Assembly: GCA_028288625.1 (NCBI GenBank)
Contig: JAQBNI010000024.1
Coordinates: 7,098 to 71,097, forward strand
Direction of reading: 5' to 3'
DNA length: 64,000 nt
DNA from: Bacteroidota bacterium
GTDB lineage: Bacteria > Bacteroidota > Bacteroidia > Chitinophagales > JADIYW01
Of the stretch, positions 40,183-47,837 are shown piece by piece (the stretch's first letter is position 1; every line of letters begins with the position of its first letter). The position numbers and the translations under genes are program-made. Under the pieces are notes generated by a model that worked only from the letters and a program-made list of their open reading frames with translations, made no database searches and was not told the DNA's origin.

Positions 40183-40623
40183 ATGAGTGTTAATAAAGCA
40201 ATCCTGATCGGACGTTTAGGTAAGGACCCTGAAGTAAGAAAGGTTAACGCAACAACTACGGTTTGTAATTTCCCGCTCGCAACAAATGAATCTTATAAAA
40301 ACCAGGACGGCACATACACCGAACAAACCGAATGGCATAATATTGTGATGTGGCGTGGAGTAGCGGAAAGGGCGGAACGCATTTTAAAAAAAGGAAATAC
40401 TGTTTATGTAGAAGGAAAATTGCGCACGCGCTCCTGGGAAGACAAGGAAGGCACTAAAAGATATACAACGGAGATCGTAGTAGAAAATTTCCAGCTTCTT
40501 GAAAAAAGAGAATCGACCGGTGCGCCCGGAAATAATACTTCTGAAAATAAAACGGGATCAGAAACAAGTACATCATCAGAAACAGTTTCAGAACCAACCT
40601 TTGATGATGATCTGCCATTTTAA
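40183..40623 (+). CDS. ssb: single-stranded DNA-binding protein
   Basis: VNKAILIGRLGKDPE, TEWHNIV, VEGKLRTRSW, C-terminal DDLPF. Confidence 0.97.
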   Translation: MSVNKAILIGRLGKDPEVRKVNATTTVCNFPLATNESYKNQDGTYTEQTEWHNIVMWRGVAERAERILKKGNTVYVEGKLRTRSWEDKEGTKRYTTEIVVENFQLLEKRESTGAPGNNTSENKTGSETSTSSETVSEPTFDDDLPF

Positions 40624-40641
40624 TGGTTAAAAATTAACGAA

Positions 40642-42000
40642 TTGGACGACGGCATACCCATACCCTTCTTATGTAATTTCCTGCTTGCAATTTCCTGGAA
40701 TGAGATATTCAATCCTTTCGATATAACTTATGTTTATGAGATTGCGGGAATTGTGGTGCTCTTATTTCTTACGGGGATGATGAGCAGTACGGAAGTTGCA
40801 CTTTTCTCTTTGGATTATCAGCAGATACAGGCGCTCGAAAATACAAGCGACAAAACCGATAAGCTCATTCTCGATTTTATCAATAAGCCGCGAAGACTAC
40901 TTGCAACGATCTTACTTGCCATCACTTTATTCAGCTTAAGTATTGTTTTATTATTTGAATCGCTGACAGCATTGTGGATCAAGCGCGAATTTTTAGAACG
41001 TCACAAGACGCTTGAATTTATTGCAAAGGTTTGCTTCGAAACTTTTATTATCGTTTTGTTTGCAGAAGTGATTCCGAAAATTTATGCATCGCAGCATAAC
41101 CTCAAAGTTGCGCGGATATTGATCTTTCCCGTGCGTTTTTTCAATACCATTTTCAAGCCGTTTGTGAAAGCGCTCATTTCAATTTCCAATTTTTTTGAAA
41201 AGCGTTTGGAAGGATCACACAGAAATGTTTCCGCAGAAGATATAGATGCAGCTATTGATATTGCTACAGCACAGGACACGAATGATACGGAACGGAACGA
41301 TACAAAAATTCTGAAAGGAATTGTAAAGTTCGGCAATATTGCAGTTACACAAATTATGCGTTCGAGGATGGATGTGGTGGCGATAGAAAAGAATGCAAAC
41401 TTTGAAGAACTGCTCAACCTTGTTCGCGAATCGGGTTATTCAAGAATTCCTGTTGTGGAAGATAATTTTGATAAGGTAGATGGAATTGTTTATGTAAAAG
41501 ATCTATTAAAATATCTCGATGCCGGAAAGGATTTTCATTGGCAGCAGCTGATAAAGCCTGCCTTGTATGTTCCGGAATCTAAAAAAATAGATGACCTTCT
41601 CGAAGACTTCCAGGCAAAGCGCGTGCATATGGCGATCGTGGTGGATGAATACGGCGGAAGCTCAGGAATTGTTACACTTGAGGACGTACTGGAAGAAGTG
41701 ATCGGAGATATAAAGGATGAGTTTGATGATGCTTCAGAAATAGATTTTAAAAAACTGGATAATCACAATTTTATTTTTGAGGGAAGAACGGCGCTCAATG
41801 ATGTATGCAAAGTTTTGGAACTTCCGTCCGATGCATTTGATGAAGTGCGTGGCGAAGCGGATTCGCTTGCTGGATTGATGCTCGAATTAAATTCCGAGAT
41901 CCCGATTGAAGGCGATGAATTGCGCTACCAGAACTTTACGTTTATTATTTTAGAAGCAGATAAGACGAGGGTGATAAGAGTTAAAGTGACGTTGAATTAA
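40642..42000 (+). CDS. gldE: gliding motility-associated hemolysin/CNNM-CBS-CorC protein GldE
   Basis: DUF21 TM domain (SSTEVALFSL, EVIPKIYA), CBS pair (GYSRIPV, VVDEYGG), CorC domain; ssb-gldE-gldD synteny. Confidence 0.88.
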   Translation: MDDGIPIPFLCNFLLAISWNEIFNPFDITYVYEIAGIVVLLFLTGMMSSTEVALFSLDYQQIQALENTSDKTDKLILDFINKPRRLLATILLAITLFSLSIVLLFESLTALWIKREFLERHKTLEFIAKVCFETFIIVLFAEVIPKIYASQHNLKVARILIFPVRFFNTIFKPFVKALISISNFFEKRLEGSHRNVSAEDIDAAIDIATAQDTNDTERNDTKILKGIVKFGNIAVTQIMRSRMDVVAIEKNANFEELLNLVRESGYSRIPVVEDNFDKVDGIVYVKDLLKYLDAGKDFHWQQLIKPALYVPESKKIDDLLEDFQAKRVHMAIVVDEYGGSSGIVTLEDVLEEVIGDIKDEFDDASEIDFKKLDNHNFIFEGRTALNDVCKVLELPSDAFDEVRGEADSLAGLMLELNSEIPIEGDELRYQNFTFIILEADKTRVIRVKVTLN

Positions 42001-42003
42001 AAA

Positions 42004-42131
42004 AAGGTGTAAGGTATAAGTAGTAAGTAATAAGAAAAGTTGAATAGAAAAGAACTACACATGAAAACAAAAAAAAGTTACTTACACCTTATTACTTACA
42101 CCTTATTACTTTTCTATTTCACCTTACTACT
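42004..42131. repeat. inverted heptamer-array element (AAGGTGT/AAGTAAT ... ACACCTT/ATTACTT) overlapping the gldD start
   Basis: Left arm AAGGTGT AAGGTAT AAGTAGT AAGTAAT; right arm TTACTT ACACCTT ATTACTT ACACCTT ATTACTT. Confidence 0.8.
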
Positions 42132-42681
42132 CGTTTCCTGCAACGAAACCTACACCCCAAAACGTCCCGGGTATTTCCGGATTGATTTTCCGAAGGAAAG
42201 AAAATTCACGGTTTACAATAATGATGTTTGTCCTTTCACATTTGAATATCCAACTTATGGAATGATCCAAAAAGATTCCGGTGACCTACAGGAAATGCAC
42301 GAGCATCCGTGCTGGTTTAATGTGATCTTCCCGGAATACAAAGGAAAAATTTATTTAAGCTATACAAAGATTGATGCGACAAATACGCTCGATAAATTAG
42401 TGCACGACAGTTACAAGCTCACCTTCAAGCATACCATAAAAGCGGATTACATCGATGAAACAATTGTACAAGGCAGCAACCCGCACGTCACAGGAATTTT
42501 ATATGATGTTGGCGGAAATGCCGCAAGCGGCGTACAGTTTTATGTCACCGACAGCACGCAGCATTTCCTGCGCGGTTCGCTTTATTTCTTTGCTCCGCCG
42601 AATTCAGATTCCCTCTCTCCTGTTATCGCTTACTTCAGGAAAGATGTAGAGCACCTGATCAATACACTACAGTGGAAATAG
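42061..42681 (+). CDS. gldD: gliding motility lipoprotein GldD
   Basis: LVSC lipobox, YTPKRPGYFRIDFP, CPFTFEYP, KHTIKA, GNAASGVQFYVTDSTQHFLRGSLYF. Confidence 0.93.
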   Translation: MKTKKSYLHLITYTLLLFYFTLLLVSCNETYTPKRPGYFRIDFPKERKFTVYNNDVCPFTFEYPTYGMIQKDSGDLQEMHEHPCWFNVIFPEYKGKIYLSYTKIDATNTLDKLVHDSYKLTFKHTIKADYIDETIVQGSNPHVTGILYDVGGNAASGVQFYVTDSTQHFLRGSLYFFAPPNSDSLSPVIAYFRKDVEHLINTLQWK

Positions 42682-42913
42682 TTGATTTGAAAATTTGAAA
42701 ATGAGATAATTTACGAACTCCTTTTTGATTTAAAATATTGAGTAAATGAGATATTCACAATCGTACCACACCCCATAATCCGCTCGCGGATTATTTCCCC
42801 TCTCCTTATTAAGGAGAGGGGTCAGGGGTGAGGTAACAAGGATAACAATACTTTCCAACTGTTTGATGTGATTTAGCCCATTTTCAAACTTCAAATTATC
42901 ACATTTTACAAAT
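42682..42913. repeat. inverted octamer-array (TTTGAAAA ... TTTTCAAA) element enclosing a REP-like palindrome
   Basis: Left arm ttgatttgaaaatttgaaaatgagataattt; right arm attttcaaacttcaaattatcacattttacaaat. Confidence 0.6.
42765..42834. repeat. ~70-bp REP-like palindromic element, copy 2
   Basis: ccccataatccgctcgcggattatttcccctctccttattaaggagaggggtcaggggtgaggt; near reverse complement of 4637-4707. Confidence 0.85.
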
Positions 42914-42974
42914 GGTGTTTATTTTTTTTAATGGTGTTTGTGAATGCTAACGCATTTCAAATTACCTTTATGCA

Positions 42975-45092
42975 ATGCAGTCTGCATCCGCCAGAACTTT
43001 TCTTGCAACTCCAATTGAATTCCTGAAAGGCGTTGGTCCCGACCGTGCGGAAATTCTAAAAAAAGAAGCGCAGATATTTACTTTCGGCGATCTGCTGAAA
43101 CTATATCCATACCGTTATATCGACCGCACACAATTTTATACGGTAAAGCAGATAGACAACACACAAACATTTATCCAGCTCAAAGGAAAAATTAAAAATA
43201 TACGGGAGATCGGCGAAGGAAGAGGACGAAGACTGACCGCTGTTTTTTATGATGAAACCGGGCAAATAGAATTGGTGTGGTTCCAGGGAATAAAATGGAT
43301 CCTTAAAACTTTGAATACTCGTGATCTCTATGTATTATACGGCAAGCCAAGCTTGTTCAGCAGCAAATTAAATATCACGCATCCCGATCTTGAACCTGTG
43401 AATGAAAACAGAAGTACGCCGGAAAAAGGATACCGCGCACTGTACAATACTTCCGAAAAAATGAAAGTGAAAAGCCTCGACAGCAAGGGCATTTCAAAAT
43501 TGATGAAAACATTGCTGGAGCAATTAAAACCCGAACACATTATTGAAAATCTTCCGCAGGATATTTTATCGAAATACAAATTGGTGGATCGTTACAACGC
43601 GGTAAAAAATATTCATTTACCTGCGTCGTTATCGTTACAGGAGCAAGCTGTGAAGCGATTGAAATTTGAAGAGCTGTTCATGATACAATTGAATTTACTG
43701 CAATTAAAAATTATCCGTCAGCGTGAAAAAGGAATTGTATTTGAAAAAGTAGATGATAAATTTCATCGTTTCTATCACGAAGCATTGCCCTTCGAATTAA
43801 CGAATGCACAAAAGCGTGTATTGAAAGAAATACGAAGAGATACATTAGCGGGCATCCAGATGAACCGCTTGCTGCAGGGCGATGTCGGCAGCGGAAAAAC
43901 AATTGTGTCGCTCCTTGCGATGCTAATGGGCATTAACAACGGTTACCAGGCGGCATTGATGGCGCCGACGGAAATATTAGCGCAACAGCATTATATCGGC
44001 TTAAAAGAAATGACAGATAAGATCGGGATAAAGATGGCGATCCTTACCGGTTCTTCCCGATCTAAGGAGCGCAAAAATATTTTAAAAGGAATTGAAACCG
44101 GTGAGATCGATCTGTTGCTGGGCACACATGCATTATTGGAAGATGATGTGAAGTTTAAAAATCTCGGCATCGTGGTGATCGATGAGCAGCATCGTTTTGG
44201 TGTAGCGCAGCGTGCAAAACTTTGGAAGAAAAACACAACCGCGCCGCATATTCTCGTAATGACTGCAACACCCATTCCGCGCACTTTAGCCATGACATTA
44301 TACGGCGACCTTGATGTTTCAGTATTGGATGAATTGCCGCCGGGAAGAAAGCCGATCAAGACCGTTCACCGTTTTGAATCGCAGCGCATTGGTGTGTTTG
44401 ATTTTATACGGGAGGAAATAAAAAAAGAAAGACAAATATATATTGTGTATCCACTGATAGAAGAAAGTGAAAAGCTCGATCTCGTGGACCTGCAAAATGG
44501 ATTTGAAAGTATTTCGCGCTCGTTCCCGCTGCCGGAATATAATGTGAGCATCCTGCACGGAAGAATGAAATCAGAAGCGAAGGATTATGAGATGGCGCGT
44601 TTTGTAAAAGGCGAAACGCAGATCATGGTTGCGACCACGGTGATCGAAGTCGGCGTAAATGTTCCGAACGCCAGCGTCATGATCATTGAGAATGCAGAGC
44701 GTTTCGGCTTATCACAGCTGCACCAGCTGCGCGGGCGTGTGGGTCGCGGCGCGGAACAATCGTTTTGTATATTGATGTCAAGTTTTAAATTATCGAATGA
44801 AGCAAAAACGCGTATCAAAACGATGACAGAAACCAACGACGGTTTTAAAATTGCGGAAGTGGATCTGCAGCTGCGCGGTCCGGGCGATATGGAAGGCACG
44901 CAGCAAAGCGGTACCATCGATCTGAAGATCGCCAACCTTGCCACAGACGGACCGATCATCGAAGAAGCGCGTAAGGCAGCGATTGCTTTACTCGAAGCCG
45001 ATACCAATTTAGAAAGCGAAGAAAACAGCGGTTTGAAATATTTCCTGCAGCATCAAAAAGCAGGCAGCAGTTTTTGGAGGAAGATCAGTTAG
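42975..45092 (+). CDS. recG: ATP-dependent DNA helicase RecG
   Basis: RLKFEE, MNRLLQGDVGSGKT, DEQHRFG, MTATPIPRTL, QLHQLRGRVGRG, DLQLRGPG. Confidence 0.98.
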   Translation: MQSASARTFLATPIEFLKGVGPDRAEILKKEAQIFTFGDLLKLYPYRYIDRTQFYTVKQIDNTQTFIQLKGKIKNIREIGEGRGRRLTAVFYDETGQIELVWFQGIKWILKTLNTRDLYVLYGKPSLFSSKLNITHPDLEPVNENRSTPEKGYRALYNTSEKMKVKSLDSKGISKLMKTLLEQLKPEHIIENLPQDILSKYKLVDRYNAVKNIHLPASLSLQEQAVKRLKFEELFMIQLNLLQLKIIRQREKGIVFEKVDDKFHRFYHEALPFELTNAQKRVLKEIRRDTLAGIQMNRLLQGDVGSGKTIVSLLAMLMGINNGYQAALMAPTEILAQQHYIGLKEMTDKIGIKMAILTGSSRSKERKNILKGIETGEIDLLLGTHALLEDDVKFKNLGIVVIDEQHRFGVAQRAKLWKKNTTAPHILVMTATPIPRTLAMTLYGDLDVSVLDELPPGRKPIKTVHRFESQRIGVFDFIREEIKKERQIYIVYPLIEESEKLDLVDLQNGFESISRSFPLPEYNVSILHGRMKSEAKDYEMARFVKGETQIMVATTVIEVGVNVPNASVMIIENAERFGLSQLHQLRGRVGRGAEQSFCILMSSFKLSNEAKTRIKTMTETNDGFKIAEVDLQLRGPGDMEGTQQSGTIDLKIANLATDGPIIEEARKAAIALLEADTNLESEENSGLKYFLQHQKAGSSFWRKIS

Positions 45093-45098
45093 GATTAA

Positions 45099-45255
45099 CA
45101 GGCCGCTCCTACGGAGCTTTGCTTCTTATTTATTCTATATTCTATAAATAGAATGACCCGACGGCACTATGGATTATATTCAAGAGCTCCGTAGGAGCGA
45201 CCTATTTATAGTCCAATACATTTTAATTGTAAAGCCTCGTAGGGGCGACCTGATA
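45099..45255. repeat. REP-like hairpin cluster left of the Y1 transposase (4 units)
   Basis: Units at 45105, 45155 (degenerate), 45186 and 45234; consensus GCTCC-GTA-GGAGC-GACCT; two reverse then two forward. Confidence 0.88.
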
Positions 45256-45301
45256 TTTAGAGAAATACACCTGAAACCCTTATTTTAGCACTAACGAGAA
45301 A

Positions 45302-45763
45302 ATGGCAAATACCTATACACAAATATATATTCAAATTGTTTTTTGTGTGAGCAGAAGACAAAGCCTCATTTCTAAAGACAATAAAGAAGAATTGCATAAA
45401 TATATTACCGGTATTATCCAAAACAGAAATACAAAATTATTAGCCATTCATTGCATGCCTGATCATATACATATTTTGATCGGAATGAAACCAACCATCT
45501 TGCTCTCTGATCTTGTAAGAGATATAAAGGCTGGATCATCAAAATTTATTAATGATAGTAAATGGATAAAAGGAAAATTCAGCTGGCAGGAAGGCTACGG
45601 TGCATTTTCATATTCTCATTCACAATTAAACAATGTGATCAACTATATTAATACGCAGGAAGATCATCACCAAAAAAACTCATTCAAAGAAGAATATTTG
45701 GATTTACTGCAAAAATTCGATGTCCAATACAACGATGAATATTTATTTGAATGGATAGAATAA
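45302..45763 (+). mobile_element. tnpA: IS200/IS605-family Y1 (HUH) transposase TnpA, no tnpB, REP-associated
   Basis: HUH motif PDHIHIL, K..SS, WQEGYGAFS, catalytic YxxxQ (YINTQEDHH); intact 153-aa ORF. Confidence 0.9.
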
Positions 45764-45769
45764 CAAGAC

Positions 45770-46122
45770 CTATAAACAAACGTCTCTACGAGACACACCG
45801 GAATTCGTAAGATTATCAGACCGCTCCTATGGAGCTTGTTTTTCTATTTATATTTATCTATAACAGAATGTCCCTATGGGACTATGACGTTCAGAAATAA
45901 ACTATATCCAATGTAATGAGCTCCGTTGGAGCGATTCGATTACATTACAAGTAGGGGATTGAGATTACATTACAAGTAGAGGGATTGTATAATTACAAAT
46001 TGAGCTCCGTAGGAGCGACCCGACTATAGCAATAATATAATTACAATTTTTGCTCCATAGGAGCAACCTATTTATAGCATATCCGGAATTTAATAATAAA
46101 GCCCTGTAGGGGCGACCTGATT
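45770..46122. repeat. REP-like hairpin cluster right of the Y1 transposase (7 units)
   Basis: Units at 45782, 45823, 45870 (reverse) and 45920, 46004, 46052, 46101 (forward); internal tandem duplication of gattacattacaagtag at 45938 and 45963. Confidence 0.88.
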
Positions 46123-46173
46123 TATACAACATAAGATCTTATCGCATGCAATATTTTTTGTATTTTGTCATTT

Positions 46174-47010
46174 ATGAGTGATCATTGGTCATCTGAAGAA
46201 GTCAATTTAATAATTACAGATTATTTTTCTATGCTTTCAGATGAACTAGTAGGTAACCCAATTAATAAAACATTCCATCGAAATGCATTAAAGTCATTAT
46301 TAAGAAATAGATCCGATGGATCAATTGAATTTAAGCATCAGAATATTAGTGCTGTATTGATCAAGCTCGGATTACCTTATATTAAAGGATATAAACCAAA
46401 ATGGAATTACCAACAAATTCTTGAAGAAAATATAATTTCATTCATTGCACATCACAAATCAACGCTTGAATTAAAATTCATTCAATTTTCTGAAATAACT
46501 TCCGTTCACTTTGAGAATATCGATTTTAATCTGATTATTGAAGCACCACCTGAAAAGCAATTTGTATTTTCAGAGCCTGAAAACCAATATCAAAAAAAAC
46601 CTATTAAAATTAATTATTTAGAACGCGAGCAGAATAATATTTCATTAGGAACAAAAGGTGAAGAACTTATTATGGCTTATGAAAAATGGAGGCTAATTAC
46701 TCTTGGGAAAGAATCATTGGGGGATGCAATAGAATGGATTTCTAAATCAGATGATGGCGCAGGCTTTGATATTTTATCAAAAAATGAAAATGGAACAGAT
46801 CGTTACATAGAAGTAAAAACAACAAAACTTAGTAAAGACTCGCCAATATTTTTTTCAAAAAATGAATACGAATTTTCAAAGTATAAATCTAACGACTATT
46901 ACTTGTACAGGGTGTTTAACTTTGATCAAACACCTAAAATGTTTAATTTAAAAGGAAACTTCGATGATTTCTGTTTTAAAGAAGCTATACAATATAAAGG
47001 TCATTTTTAA
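46174..47010 (+). CDS. DUF3883 (NO VEIN C-terminal)-like PD-(D/E)xK nuclease domain protein
   Basis: C-terminal G.KGEE...YE, DDGAGFDILS, YIEVKTT, NEYEF, YLYRVFNF; N-terminal RSDGSIEFKHQNISAVL domain; AT-rich. Start ATG 46174. Confidence 0.82.
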   Translation: MSDHWSSEEVNLIITDYFSMLSDELVGNPINKTFHRNALKSLLRNRSDGSIEFKHQNISAVLIKLGLPYIKGYKPKWNYQQILEENIISFIAHHKSTLELKFIQFSEITSVHFENIDFNLIIEAPPEKQFVFSEPENQYQKKPIKINYLEREQNNISLGTKGEELIMAYEKWRLITLGKESLGDAIEWISKSDDGAGFDILSKNENGTDRYIEVKTTKLSKDSPIFFSKNEYEFSKYKSNDYYLYRVFNFDQTPKMFNLKGNFDDFCFKEAIQYKGHF

Positions 47011-47054
47011 TATTACTCTAAAACCATCCCTCCCCTTTTCTCGTTTATATATTC

Positions 47055-47624
47055 ATGAAACACACAATCTTCCTTTTCTTATTAATCATATCAGCGCTCG
47101 TTAGCTGCAGGAACACCACGCAAAATTCAACATCCACCACTGCAGCCAAATCCACTCCGTCTGCTACGCCATCAAAAACAGATCCGGCGCATCCTAAAAA
47201 TCCATACTATTCCCGCACAGACACAAAGCCATTAAAATTGTCCGATGCGGAATGGAAAAAAATATTACCTGCCGATGTTTATGAAACTGCGCGCCATGCG
47301 GAAACGGAACGCGCGTTTACCGGCAAGTACTGGGATTACGCAGGCATGGGCACCTATTACTGCGCGGCATGCGGTAATGCCCTCTTCCGCTCCGATTCAA
47401 AATTTGCAAGCACGTGCGGATGGCCGAGCTTCTTTGAAACGATCCGCAAGAACAGCGTGATCTACAAGCCGGATAATGAATACGGCATGGAAAGAACAGA
47501 AGTACTCTGCGGAAGATGCGGCGCACACCTCGGTCATTTATTCGACGATGGTCCGCCGCCAACCTATAAAAGATTTTGCATGAATTCTATCGTGCTGGAT
47601 TTTGAGCCTGATAAGAAAAAATAA
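47055..47624 (+). CDS. msrB: peptide-methionine (R)-S-oxide reductase with lipoprotein signal
   Basis: TERAFTG, CAAC and CGRC zinc pairs, KFASTCGWPSF, HLGHLFDDGP, RFCMNS; LVSC lipobox. Confidence 0.95.
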   Translation: MKHTIFLFLLIISALVSCRNTTQNSTSTTAAKSTPSATPSKTDPAHPKNPYYSRTDTKPLKLSDAEWKKILPADVYETARHAETERAFTGKYWDYAGMGTYYCAACGNALFRSDSKFASTCGWPSFFETIRKNSVIYKPDNEYGMERTEVLCGRCGAHLGHLFDDGPPPTYKRFCMNSIVLDFEPDKKK

Positions 47625-47628
47625 ATAA

Positions 47629-47811
47629 TTTAACCACATAGATCATATTAACCACATAGATCATATAGTTTCATAGAAAAAGAACCTGTACCACGTTAAA
47701 AGAAAACATAAGTTATTCATCTTTGATGAATCTATGTGAAACTAATTACGCGAATAAGATTCCAGTTGCGGAGATTCTTACTATTTATTTCTATGTTTCT
47801 ATGTGGTTAAA
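47629..47811. repeat. MITE-like non-coding element with TTTAACCACATAGA terminal inverted repeats
   Basis: 14-bp TIR (47629-47642 / 47798-47811); 18-bp tandem duplication TTAACCACATAGATCATA at the left end. Confidence 0.7.
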
Positions 47812-47837
47812 AAATATTCCTGATGTAGCGAGTACAT

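Noticed and set aside
45099..46122. CRISPR array
   Set aside because: Units are degenerate, switch orientation, have short AT-rich spacers that are partly homologous to each other, and no cas genes are in the window. REP/REPIN-like is the better description.
46165..47010. TnpB/IscB partner of TnpA
   Set aside because: No RuvC motifs or zinc finger; the protein has a PD-(D/E)xK DUF3883-like signature instead.
47055..47624. Selenocysteine MsrB
   Set aside because: The catalytic position is an ordinary Cys codon (RFCMNS) with no in-frame TGA.
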